Source: Tubulanus polymorphus (lineage: Eukaryota; Animalia; Nemertea). From it: a DNA stretch of 64,000 nucleotides. This document shows positions 1-11,936 of this stretch, one piece after another. Position 1 is the stretch's first letter. Each line of letters starts with the position of its first letter. A model generated the notes under the pieces. It had not been told where the DNA came from, made no database searches, and saw only the letters and a program-made list of their open reading frames with translations. Location: the NCBI RefSeq assembly GCF_964204645.1, contig NC_134031.1, positions 19,103,910 through 19,167,909 on the forward strand. The letters are read 5' to 3'. Position numbers and translations under genes: made by a program.

Positions 1-40
1 TAGTTCCCCTATTATATTCACAATTGTTGTTGTGTTTTAG

Positions 41-2197
41 AATAAATGTGCGCGATATTGGCCTGAGGTAGGCGAGACAGCGAACTACGATGCGCCTAAC
101 GGAACGTTTATCATCAGAACCAGCGATGAACAAAATATGCCCGACCTCGTTGTACGACATTTTTACTTATCGATGGAAGGAGAGGTAAAAATCATCGACG
201 GTTTCTGATCGTTTTAAAAATTGTTGTATTGGGATTTTTCTGATAAACGTTTCTCGTATTGTAGAAGGCGTCTCCGCGAAAAATCACGCAGTTATTCTTC
301 AAAGTTTGGCCCGATCACGGAACGCCCACCGATCCCGGTGTAGTGCACAATATGTTGTACGAAGCGAACCAACACCAGCTGCCAAACGCTGGACCTATGG
401 TCATACACTGCAGGTAAACACATGTATTTACCGTGTATCAAATATTTGTAAACATGAACAGTTGTCTGTTTGTCTGTATCTGTAAATGTCTGTAAGTTAT
501 CGTCTGTATCGAAGAAAAACCCGCGATTGAAAGAAATACTGCAAGTAACTATGCTAAAAGAAATGATACCTTGTTTCTCTAAATCGGCCGGTCATTTTCT
601 AAACCACAATAAGATTAGTAAAAAAAAAGGCAGACTAGCTCAATGATGAACGAATAGTAGTAATAAGGTTGAGTGTATTATCGTTTCAGCGCTGGAATTG
701 GTCGTACCGGTACCGTCATTATGATCGACTTACTTTCGAATAAAATTCGCCAGTTGGGTAAGATGTTGAAAACGTATCCATTTCAGGCTGCAGTCGGTAG
801 AACCCACTTAATTCAGATTCCTGGATATTAATCCGGTTTATGATATATCCAGATAAAACATACCTTAGAAGCGTTTATGTATAAATGGACGATAGATATC
901 CAGATTAGATCGACTTATTGGTGTTTGATTGTAGTTTATTTGAAATTGATTTATTTAAATCACTGATAACTGATGAAATGTTTGTTGATATATATAGGTT
1001 TAGAATGTGAGATCGATATACAGAAGACGTTGTGTATTCTGCGTAGTCAGAGACCGGGAATGGTGCAAACCGTCGACCAGTATCGATATATTTATCTCGC
1101 GATGGCGAATTACGTAGACATGATTAAAGTCCGTCTGGAAGAAGAACAGGTTTGTGAACATGACTCGGAGGGTACGGGTTTATGCGGACACCGTTATCTT
1201 GACTAACTACAATAGAATTCCGGAAAGACAGTGTCCTGTCTTCATGGCTTGATTGATGGGGTGTTTGACTATGAATCGAGAGTTGTTGGGTTCAAACCAC
1301 AGTGAACCCATGCTACTTTTCGGTCAGGACACAAAATTCCCCAGCTCACTGGTTTAACAACCCAATTCCGGATGCAAAAACATCAAATTTGATCTCAGCA
1401 GCGCACAGAATACAGAATACTGGTTTTTGTCATATTGGTTGAAGGACTGGTACAATTTTAAGTAGTTCAGATAGAATCTGTTTAAGATTCTGAGAAAATG
1501 CTCAACAGTTGAATCTATATGTGAGATCCTGATATAACTGTTTTGTTTACAGAAAAGTCGAGAAGAAGATGGTAATGAATACGCTAATGTGATGTGTCGG
1601 GGAGGTGTAATAAACGTTATCAATGAAACACCAGCAGCTGCTCCTGCGGCTCCTATAGCTCCTCAACGGTTAGTTATTACTGGTTTATATTCACTGTCCA
1701 CTGGGCCCATTCATGAGCCAGGATCACACGAGTGTTTTTGACCCGGAACAATTGTTCACGCAAGTGCCAAATTGGGCTGGCACCAAAGCACAGGACAATC
1801 GATTGCGCGTGAATTGCAACTGGATCAAGACATGAATTTGTTTGAGCATTATTTAGTAACAAGTGAGTGGTTCGGGTGTGAGCGCGCTCTATAGGCACTG
1901 GGCCAAATCTGACTCAGGCTTGATCCATGCCAATCTGACTCAGGCTTGATCCACGCCAATCTGACTCAGGTTTGATCCACGCAAATTTGAATTGGCCTGG
2001 GCCAAATTGTCTCAGTGTGACCGTGGCTTTAAAGTACGTACATATCAATGATGGGAGGTTGGAATAGGCCACTTGGTGCTTAAAATCACCTACAGTGGGT
2101 TGAAAATCGGCAAATATCAAGTAGAAATCAATTTCCTTTGAAAAGAAGGATTCATATTTAACTTGGTAAAGTTTTTATTAATTTCAGGAAAAAGTGA
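41..2197 (+). CDS. PTPN11: SHP2/corkscrew-like non-receptor tyrosine phosphatase, 3' part (5' exons upstream of window)
   Basis: Exons 41-184, 265-413, 690-757, 998-1149, 1553-1668, 2188-2197 splice in frame (GT-AG). They give KCARYWP, WPDHGTP, IHCSAGIGRTG, RSQRPGMVQT, RLEEEQ|KSRE..NEYANV (compare SHP2 RIEEEQKSKRKGHEYTNI), ending PQRKK*. Orthologue versus paralogue is not resolved. Confidence 0.88.
1243..1380 (+). mobile_element. Possible tRNA-derived SINE fragment in PTP intron
   Basis: A-box-like TGGCTTGATTG and B-box-like GGTTCAAACC at tRNA-like spacing; no intact cloverleaf. Confidence 0.35.
1715..2030. mobile_element. Non-autonomous DNA element with GATCACAC...GTGTGA(C/T)C ends and internal AAATTTGGCCC motifs; contains a 26-bp tandem repeat (about 1906-1990)
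   Basis: Related segments at about 25950-26050, 28766-29005, 42560-42770, 51250-51335 and 53300-53415. Confidence 0.55.
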
Positions 2198-3727
2198 ATA
2201 CTGAATGGTGCTACTAGGTGCGGCTGTTGCTGTGTGTATTTTCTCTGAGTATCTCATGGTGCTTTTCTTTCAAAAAAAGTGATAGTAACATATTATTATT
2301 ATTGTGTACAATATATAAAGGGAGATGATTCGTTGAAGAAGAAATGAGTTCTCATTTTTCCTCGTATGTGTATAAACCAAGAGTGACGCCAGATTATAAT
2401 ATATCAGATATTAATGAAAGAGTTCATAAAACCGATACAGGAATCTATGACTGGAGACGAGGTGGGGCAGGGGAAGAATTGTGTTGTAAAATAAAGTTAG
2501 TTTTATGTTGTGCGTTTATATAATCAAGACATAGTTTTTGCGCTTGGTTTTATAGACTTTTCTTGTTGTCGGGTTCCTACCACTCCTTGAAAACTAAACC
2601 TCGATATTTTTGCCTGAAAAACTCCTTGTATTCAAGAATGACCTGGCTACGAAAAATCACCATCATTACTTAGATAAATTTCCATAGTTGAATAGTCACT
2701 TAATAATCTCTTATTTCTTGCATTTAGTTACTTACGTATTATCAAACGTGAGATGCTCCGGGACCAGTTTTCTTGTAATTGTTTAGATGAATACCTCGAC
2801 AGTTCTTAAATTATGATTCGCTATCTTTCTCACGAAAATCTCATTACCAATCACTTTGTTGATAAGCTGTACTGGTCACTGCTGAGGGAGGATAAGCTAC
2901 GCTGTATTTTTGGGTATTTCTTCAGCAGTGAAGAAGTTCTGTTTCACAGGTTCATTCATTCACAAATTGTTCGTTTTCTCCACTGCAAATGTATTATAAG
3001 TGAGAACCCACCAGTAACTATAGAGTACTTAATTTTTGTATGATGGAATATTTTGTATTACAATAATCAGCTAATTAATGATTAGTTAAAAATCATTTAT
3101 ATTTTATATACTTTGATATATAACGCATGAAAGCAATGAAATACTTCTGTTTTTACAATTACTCCAGTGAAGAGACTATTCTGTGTAACTTAATGAAATG
3201 TAATAATCATTTATAAAAACAGTTTTTGATATATTAATATATTTGAATTATTAATTTCCTTTCTGGGACATGTTCATGATCCGATTAGTGGTTAGATTTT
3301 CTACATTTTCAAACAGCTGAGAATTAAATCCTTTGCCGTGTTTACCCTAAACCCGGCATCTGATTGGTCAGAGCTGGTCACATGGTATTGTCAACGTTGT
3401 TAATCCTAGCTCTAACTTCAGGTCAAGAGTTGACAACTCATTTGAAAGAATGGGCCACACCAAAGGGTTATTATGATTTACTAATTCCTGGTTCTGATTG
3501 GTCTAGAGCTGGTCACCTGGTATTTATACTAACAGACCACATTTGCAGCATGGCCAAATCCAACAGGTTGAATTTTCATTCCATCATTATAGAATATCAA
3601 ATGAATGCTTCATATTGTCCTCTGGTTATGTGGGGAACGAATGGTTTTTAGCGAGTCTATTTAAGTGCTACTTAGTGATTTTGGTAGGGTCAGTCTGTCC
3701 ATGAAAATGAGACCAGTGGTACTATAC

Positions 3728-3852
3728 AGGTTAACTATAGTTTATATAATGCACAAGCTTTCGCCACTTATGTATATTAGTTGCATCACGTGAATGAGAT
3801 GAAACTACTGTTAGTAGCGAAAACTGGTGCGTCAAATAAACTATAGTTAACC
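3728..3852. mobile_element. Short palindromic MITE-like element
   Basis: AGGTTAACTATAGTTTAT...ATAAACTATAGTTAACCT terminal inverted repeat, with imperfect pairing continuing inward. Confidence 0.55.
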
Positions 3853-4072
3853 TATGTTGTATTTATTCTACAACCGGTTAACACGGCTCCTCTACGAAGT
3901 GATCGCGATGGTTTGGCAAATCATGATGAACAGTTGCAATTTCGTGATCGTGACTTTTTTTTCTGCAGCAGAGGAGCTGAAAATTGCCTTACTTTTGTTA
4001 AAGCGTTACTTCTACCAAACCATGGAATAAATATACATCCAAACAATGAATTATGAACAATAGAATATGCAC

Positions 4073-4078
4073 TTTATT
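4073..4078 (-). promoter_or_regulatory. Candidate polyadenylation signal (AATAAA) of the MYND gene
   Basis: TTTATT on + strand about 1 kb past the stop codon. Confidence 0.35.
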
Positions 4079-4244
4079 TCTATCAAAAAGTAACGCAACC
4101 GCAAAATAACAAAATATACATGTAGTCAGAAATGCATCGATACACAATGAGTTCTTTTATGAAAGCACCATTACAAATATAGTTCCAACTAGATTCAAAC
4201 TATGCCCTGATCTAGAATGAATCCTTAACACAGATCTTAGAAAA

Positions 4245-4660
4245 TTTCATCTATTACTAATAAATGCAGTTCAGATATTATGATCAATTACTTATGTACC
4301 AGTATTCAAAATTAAAATCATAGAAAATATCAATTTCAACTTGAATTGCTTAACTACTAAAATTTCAAATCTGGCCTCGGTCAGAAACTAAACATAAGAG
4401 AATAGAATATTCATCTATTACTTATAAATGCAGTTCAGATATTATGATTAATTACTACAGTACTCAAAAATAAAACTTAGAACATATCAGTTTCAACTTG
4501 AATTGCTTTACTAAGTGCTACAAAAATTTCAATTCAGGCCTCAGTCAGATACTTAACATAGAATAGAATATTCATCTATTACTTATAAATGCAGTTAAGA
4601 TATTATGATTAATTTCTATATTACTCAAAATTAAGATTTTAGAAAGATCAGTTTTAACTT
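4245..4660. repeat. About 160-bp degenerate tandem repeat (about 2.5 copies)
   Basis: TCATCTATTACT(A/T)ATAAATGCAGTT recurs at about 4247, 4411 and 4572. Confidence 0.8.
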
Positions 4661-5039
4661 GATTCATAAATGCAACTAAACACCACTGGGCCCAGTCATC
4701 GACGGCGGCCGATCCAGGGTCAACGAAAAGGAGGTGTCCGTTTAAAGAATTTCGCTGCAATTTTGTGGTTGCTAACATACACACTGATTTTTCATATCTT
4801 CTTTAATCGTAAAACAGCGAAATTGCCAAACAAGATATTGATTTTCGGGTAATACAACCTTGACTGGACCCCCATGGAGATCCCCAGATCCGCCACTGAT
4901 TGCCTGGTTATGTTATAATTCATTAGATTGGCCATACGACCAAAAATGGACTTCAAAAGCTCATGATTGAAGCTAAATGAACACCATCAATATATAAGTC
5001 TATTCGGTAGAATGTTTGAAGACAGGTGAGTTTGTTTTT

Positions 5040-7274
5040 CTACCAGGCCTGTAGCGGTTTCACCTCATCAATCATAATACGAACTAAACCATCAGCAGTA
5101 ATGTATCCGGACAGGTAAGCCTTTACACCGGCGACATCTATACCTCCGCTGAAAATTGATAAACGATTCATCAAGAAAACAATCATTTATTCTACATAAC
5201 AGTAGAACATCAGGCATTCCATCGGATTAATGTATATCTAATAGACTCAAATCCACAGATTCTACAGTTAAAATCAGTTCATTTACAATGTATTAACCTT
5301 CAGAGTCAAATTTGAAAACTACGTAACTGGGTCGTACTCGCCAGTTAACCATCGGATAAATACCAGGGCCCAGTTCCACAGTTCTGAGTTAAGATTTGAC
5401 TCTGGGTTAACTCATCGAAAATGAACTAACTTTAACTCAAGGTTAACTCTAACTCACGACTGTGGAACTGGGTTCGGTGTATTTTAACTATGCCGTTTAA
5501 ATTGTCACTATATCAACTATCCATTGGTTAACTTCACAGCTGACCGTCTGCTAGCTGATCTATTATACATGTAGCACTTACTTCGAACCAAATTTGCGAA
5601 CCATTTCGAACAGTTTACAGTATTCAGCAATGCCACCTATGACGTTTTCGCTCACAGCCATCACCTGGAACTTCTTACCTGAAATAACGCGTTTAAAGAT
5701 AAACGAAAAATCGTATGATGACTTTTAACGAATGTGTTTCAACGTCAGTTACGAACCTTGTGGGTAAATCATAATCGGTTTATTATCAGCGACGCTTGAG
5801 AACGGAGGAACCTGAATCTAAAATCAAGAGATTCCAGGATTATAAAACAATTCAATGGAAGGGCACTGTACTTCATTAGATAACCGACAAAATTTTACTT
5901 AACCCGGTATTTCAATCAGTCCCCCATAGAAAAGTAGGTACCCCCTTCTAGCTTCCTTTTTTACACCCTCTCCATCTAACTCTTCCAGTACCCCTCCCCC
6001 AGTTACCCTCCTTCCCTCTAACTGTTCCAGTACCCCTCCCCCAGTTACCCTCCTCCCCTCACTCCTCCAGCCCCCTCCCCAGTTACCCTCCTCCCCTCAC
6101 TCCTCCAGCCCCCTCCCCAGTTACCCTCCTCTCCTCACTCCTCCAGCCCCCTCCCCAGTTACCCTCCTCCCCTCACTCCTCCAGCCCCCTCCCCAGTTAC
6201 CCTCCTCCCCTCACTCCTCCAGCCCCCTCCCCAGTTACCCTCCTCCCCTCACTCCTCCAGCCCCCAGTTACCCTCCTCCTCTAACTCCTCCAGTACCTTT
6301 AAAATCATCATTTTATCTTTTTTACGTTGTAAAACATCCTCTTGAACATTTTTAATTCCATCTTTCATGGCTTTTCTCATCGTATGCGCAAACGAACCTT
6401 GATTCGAGATCGTGCTGACAAAACGCATCTCATTCGGGGTCCGCTGAGGGTCGATGTCCACCCATAGTTGATTCGCGTTAATATCCCCAGTTGCCACGCC
6501 GAGGGTGTTCAGTTTCTTCTGCGCTCGTGCCTCCGGTGATGAACACGTTTTCTTGTGGCTGTCTTTCCAATCCGTACGCTGACATTCCTTACTGCAATAA
6601 CGGGCGACCTTACATCGCGAGCAGACGTGTTTACCCGGTTTCATACGGCACGCCGAACACGGGTCAATTTCTTTTTTCGGCTTCGGCGTCAAAAGCGGTT
6701 TGAAAAAACTCGTAAAACCGTTTTCTAACATCAGCAAACGCGGCGGTAACTTCGATTCGAGATTCTTTAAATATTTCTTATCCAATAAATCGTGGTTCTG
6801 CTTGAATTCTTCGATTAATATTTTCATTTCCTCAGCCGAAGCGGCCGTCACTGATTGAACGCCATTTTTCGGCGATGAACTCATGAATAGTTGCGCGTGG
6901 CGTAGCGAATCTTTAGACTTTCTGTGATGAGCGACACGCACGAGAATCATCGGGTCGGCAGAATCGGGCAGCAGAAACGCTTTCACGCCATTTGTCGACG
7001 TCCTCGGTACGAGGTCGATGGTCAACGCCCGATCTTGCGATCGCGGCTGAATGAGAGCCCGAGTCGTCAATCCTAAATCAACCATTTTAGCGAGGCAGTA
7101 AATACTCTGTCGGGCGTCGTAATGCGCGTCTTCGCCCATACTAGCCCCCTGCGAGGATAAATTAGCCATCATTTTCTCGTTCAGCGAAAACATACCGCTG
7201 AAACTGTCATCCAGAGTTTTAACTTTTGCCGACTTTTTCCACGGCTTCAGGTTGTCAGGATTTATAGCAGCCAT
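5040..7274 (-). CDS. MYND-type zinc finger protein, 414 aa, 4 exons
   Basis: Exons 7274-6297, 5817-5757, 5678-5582, 5148-5040 (1245 nt, phases 0/1/2). MYND motif CSAC..CSRCKVARYCSKECQRTDWKDSHKKTC. C-terminus KIQVP..PIMIY..F...GVKAYL..LVRI..PLQAW*. Confidence 0.88.
5367..5475. mobile_element. PIF/Harbinger-like MITE (family with GGCCCAGTTCCACAG TIR)
   Basis: TIR GGCCCAGTTCCACAGT / ACTGTGGAACTGGGTTC; close sister copy at 19818-19925. Confidence 0.75.
5960..6295. repeat. C-rich 39-bp minisatellite at the 5' end of MYND intron 1 (G-rich on transcribed strand)
   Basis: Unit CCCAGTTACCCTCCTCCCCTCACTCCTCCAGCCCCCTCC, about 8 copies. Confidence 0.9.
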
Positions 7275-8033
7275 CTTGAATATCACTCTGCAATGAGAAT
7301 TACGCAATGTCAACAATCGTGCTTACTTTTAACGTTAGATGATTTTAGGGCTATAATTTTGGGGACATAACATACCCCTGTGCTGGCCAGCGTAGTGAAG
7401 TGGTATACGATAAATCAAATAGATGGCGCAGTGGTGCACTGGTACAAATTACTTTCTTTATCATAATAAAGATTTTCGTTGATAAGGGAATGTACGATAT
7501 TATTATCTAAAGTGGTCATATGTCGAATGATAAACGTCTAATAATAAAAAAAACCTAGAAATAGATTGATAATTCTGGGATTCGAACTTGATGAATCAGC
7601 CGCTGAGTTTCCGGTCGCGCGTGCGCACTTCAGTAGTAAATGTCAAACCCAAAACAGCATTCATTGATGAGCACAAAACACTGAACTGTTTAGTGAATAT
7701 TCAGCTGATAAAGGTAAAACGCCCATTGTTCCCCCAATTGTCATTCTATTGTGGACTGCGACTGTTCGTTTGTCTGGTCGCGCTGGTGTCTTGATAATGA
7801 CTGAGTGACGCTCGTTCAGTGAGTGACGCTCGCTCAAAACTCATTTTCCTTCGATGATTGTCATTTTGATTTTGTCGAGCAGTGCCAGATTAGGCCTAAT
7901 ATTTAGGTCTTTATGTGACACACTTCGACAATGCCTGAAGCTATATGCATTTCCATTTCCTCATCTTTTTGAGACGATATATAAAGGCGGTAAAAGTGCA
8001 GACTTGCACCTCTGGTGATTGACGCAATCTACT

Positions 8034-9327
8034 CACAGGGACTTGTCACAATTGATAGTGAATGAATAAAACCAATATCAATGACCAGGTCCACTATCCC
8101 TGTATAATATAAAAAACAAGGGTGGCAACAAATTTTAAATCTGACAATGACTTCTCCACTTCAATCGACTGTAATTCCAAAAATTCTCAACCGATTCACA
8201 TGAAATAAGCTTTAATACAACCTAGAAGACTTTCTGCTTCCAACGAGCCTTTAACCACTACTCTAGGACAATTATCTCACAACGAAATCACCGTTTTTTG
8301 ACGAGAGATAGCTCAAATTGGAGGTGTACCGATTCTATGGTGGACAGCAAAATGGTCGTATTTTTCACTTCAAACGATGATTTCTATGTGAAATCTTAGA
8401 GATAACCCCAACAAACCATACATTTTTTAAAACTACGCGGTCATACCTGTACGCTTATCTCATTTATTTGTATAATCCACGCGATGGGTGAGCTCGCAAG
8501 CTCAAAATCGAACAAATATACGAAAAAGTCACCTCGCACTATCGCGCTGGCGGCCATTAATCACGTGACGTGCAGGTTCGGGCTATGTTAATAAAACCGC
8601 GACAAGTCTACGTCTGTAGACTTGAAAAAAGGAAATGTTTGCTAATAATACCACCCCTCAGACGAATGTTGCACTATATTTTCATAATACGGATATTTTA
8701 TTAATTAACAGAACTTTTGATAAATTTTGTAATGTTTTTCGAAATCTCTAAGCCAATCAATGCGCGTGAAATATTTAGCCCGTTACTACCATATCACGTG
8801 ATTAATGGCCGCCCAGTTGATGACAAGTTGAACGCCGTGTTCGTCCTCATTTTCGATTTTGAGCTTGTGAGCTCACCCATCGCGTGGATTATACAAATAA
8901 ATGAGATAAGCGTACAGGTATGACCGCGTAGTTTTAAAAAATGTATGGTTTGTTGGGGTTTTCTCTAAGATCTCACATAGAAATCATCGTTTGAATTGAA
9001 AAAAACGACCATTTTGCTGTCCACCATAGAATCGGTACACCTCCATTTTGAGCTATCTCTCGTCAAAAAAAGGTGATTTCGTTGTGAGATAATTGTCGGA
9101 GAGTGGTGGTTGTAGGCTCGTTCGAAGCAGAAAGTCTTCTAGGTTGTATTAAAGCTTATTTCATGTGAATCGGTTGAGAATTTTTGGAATTACAGTCGAT
9201 TGAAGTGGATAAGTCATTGTCAGATTGAAAATTTGTTGCCACCCTTGTTATTTTATTATACAGTTGCAGGGATACTGGTACCCCCATCATTGGTCTCATC
9301 CATTATCAGTCGTGACAAGTCCCTGTG
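8034..9327. mobile_element. Foldback-type non-autonomous DNA transposon with about 550-bp TIRs and 8-bp TSD
   Basis: Ends CACAGGGACTTGTCAC / GTGACAAGTCCCTGTG. Arms about 8034-8585 and 8776-9327. AATCTACT at 8026-8033 and 9328-9335. Confidence 0.9.
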
Positions 9328-9389
9328 AATCTACTGAATGACAGAATCCAGGCTAAAATCTTTCTAGTGAAGATTTAAAAGGCATCTGC

Positions 9390-10026
9390 TTGACCTCACC
9401 AAACTAGTGTCAGAAGAGAGCGCCACAGACACTAAAAACGCAAACAACATTTTCTTGATACTTTGAAATTGCTCACTGGACCGGCTATGAAATATAAATT
9501 GTCATTACAAATTTCTCCATTGCTGAACCCACTGAATTGCAGAACAACTGATGGGCTTGATGAAATTTAATACATCTTAGCTTCACATTACCCTACCCCT
9601 TTTCTTTCACGCGTGCATATGTGTAGGAGATTCCTGAAACCATAGACAGTTTGTTCAATTGAATGAGCTTTGATCGAAAGCCGTGCGTAAAGCCAATGTG
9701 AAAATGAAAAAAATTACACCATTTTTCAGTCTTTTTGTATCTTAGATTTGATCGCACTAGAATTTGATTTATCGTCATTACAATATAATGATAAGGTCAG
9801 GGCTCAGTTTCACAAAAAAGTTAAACTCAAATTTTTGGTGTAATTGCCATTGGTTACTTCATGTTTTCAATGCGGACAACTATTCAAACTTAACCGTTTT
9901 AGGCTAAAACTTTTTCGTGAAACTGGGCCCAGTGTAGATAATTTATTTATCAACGTCAGGTTGTTTACTGAGATATTGAAAGTTTAAAAACAGACAAAAA
10001 GACAACTAAAGTTTGGTCGGCAACTG
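9390..10026. mobile_element. Tc1/mariner-like non-autonomous element (one visible end ...GGTCGGCAACTG|TA)
   Basis: Colinear similarity to 33180-33710; terminus CAGTTGCCGACC flanked by TA in both copies. Confidence 0.65.
9801..9929. mobile_element. Harbinger-like MITE nested in the Tc1-like element, CAG TSD
   Basis: CAG|GGCTCAGTTTCAC...GTGAAACTGGGCC|CAG; empty site visible in the paralogous copy at 33604-33620. Confidence 0.85.
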
Positions 10027-11234
10027 TACCACAGAGTGATTGAAATCAATCACTGCAGATACAACCACTTCCAGGACTGGATGAACTGCTGGACCTGCTT
10101 TTGTTGTGGATAATGATTAACTAATGATTAGAGAGTCCCATGAATTTGTCATTAGTTCGATTGTCTTCATGAAAATGATTTGAAGTATGACACCACTGTG
10201 TTCAGTTTTCTTCAGCATTTGATCCAATAAAGACTGAGGGATTCCCCGGAAAGATTGCAGTACTGGTGTCCCATAGCCTAACCCACAGACTATAACGGAC
10301 TTGTCTCAATTGTTAAATGTTACCGTCAGGGTCCAATATCAATTATTGCCACCAGTATCTTAGCCAGCCTACAGGGATACTACTAGATTTGATCATCGAT
10401 ACTGGTTTTATTCGTTCAAATGCGGCAACCTCTTATAGTTCCCTGCCTGACTCAGGCAACAGTGAAACTAGAAGGGCTACTACAGTGCAGTCTTACCCTT
10501 GGGTTTCTCCTGTGGATAGATAGCTTTCCTAGTCGGTGGACAATGTAAACTATTATTAGCTGACATTGTTATAACTGGCTGCAGTATCTCTTGATATTTA
10601 TTGTAAGTCTCGACTATTAATCAATATTACTAGACTGGAGAGAGATCTATAATAGTCATCATTGTGGAACTTGATACTCAGATCGGACATAAATCGGACT
10701 ATTATTATTGAACTATTGTCAGAGTATTAATGTCAGCCTCATTTTATGGATTGGTTTTAACACATCGATGTTATCCACAATTTACTTGTTCAAGTTTTCA
10801 TTCAGCTAAGAAAATTAGCTCTTAAAAAACTTTCTTCAATTTGAACCTGAAAATCTATAAACAATTTTGATTTTTTGATTGCGTCGTCGATGTTGGCAAT
10901 GAAAGATCTGTCATCGATAATGTTATATTTTGAAAACACTCAATTTAAGTTGCAAGAAAATTGAAAAACTAGGGGCAATAGACATTCTGCCCAATTTATT
11001 CTGCCCAATGTCTGTGTCTGTCTGTCTGTCTGTCTACCTCTCTGTCTAGCTATGTGTCTGTGAAACTTTGATTTTCTAGATCATATATATTTCCCTTGAG
11101 TGAGTAGTTAGTGTCCCTGGTGTCTCTGAGTGAGTAGTTAGTGTCCCTGGTGTCTCTGTTTCTGATATACCCGGTAATATCCGTTCAGAGCGTCGAAGCA
11201 CGCACACAGATTGCGTATAGTACCTGTCGACTAC

Positions 11235-11248
11235 GTATCCATGGTAAC
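11235..11248. promoter_or_regulatory. RFX X-box-like motif GTATCCATGGTAAC
   Basis: Fits GTHNYY-AT-RRNAAC; identical copy at 14023-14036. Confidence 0.45.
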
Positions 11249-11676
11249 TGATTTGTCGGCACCTTGTTGTCGTTGTTGTATTCGTAGCAGATGTTTTTTC
11301 CTGTTGATCTATGTTTATTATAGTTCTACATTCATCGACGGATCACTGGTCAACGCGGCAGTCGACCCCCCCCCCCCCCCCCGTTTCTTTCTTTGACAGC
11401 AATTCCTTTTTTACGTCTATTAAAAATGAAAAATCGATTCGTGAATTTGAAGTAACGTACACCGTTGAATGAAGTCAAATGATTGTAAATCAATGTTTAT
11501 CGAATGTCGATATTTTGACGAGTGTTGTAACGTATTGGATCAAATATTTAATACTACAAGTTCGAAAAGGTTTAAGACTTTTCTCGAGGTTTGATTTATG
11601 CAAGGTGCGGTATCGCAGTTCACCTTTGATTTAATATGTTTCTAATCGAGGCAGAATTTAAATGAAACATCTTATA

Positions 11677-11936
11677 TCACGATTGGTAGAACACTATATC
11701 CGTGTTGACGCGATGAGGAGAGAATCCCACAATTATAATAAAAAGTCCGAAAATGAAACTTCGAGATAGTAGTTTATTTCAACGTTTCGACTATATCCTA
11801 ATAGTTATCTTCAGGAAACTGAAGATGACATTCCTGAAGATGACTATTAGGATATAGTCGAAACGTTGAAATAAACTACTATCTCGAAGTTTCATTTTCG
11901 GACTTTTTATTATCATTGTGGGATTCTCTCCTCATC
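11677..11936. mobile_element. Palindromic Penelope-like insertion A with hammerhead ribozyme
   Basis: Inverted arms 11711-11937, 34-nt tail 11677-11710, TSD GAAACATCTTATA (11664-11676 and 11937-11949). Confidence 0.82.
11831..11870 (+). ncRNA. Minimal type I hammerhead ribozyme motif (mirror copy on - strand at 11777-11818)
   Basis: TTC-CTGAAGA-T-GACTAT-TAGGAT-ATAGTC-GAAA-CGTT-GAA: core, 6-bp stem II, stem I TTC/GAA, palindromic ACGT stem III. Confidence 0.75.

Noticed and set aside
6249-6296. C-terminus VLEELEEEGNWGLEE of the 355-aa ORF
   Set aside because: Read-through into the intronic minisatellite; splicing at 6297 gives a coherent C-terminal domain.
7575-7635. tRNA-like B box GTTCGAATCC on - strand
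   Set aside because: No cloverleaf can be folded; a SINE remnant at most.
10060-10800. Possible decayed LINE endonuclease region on - strand
   Set aside because: Only a vague GDFN-like trace with many stops; needs a translated search.
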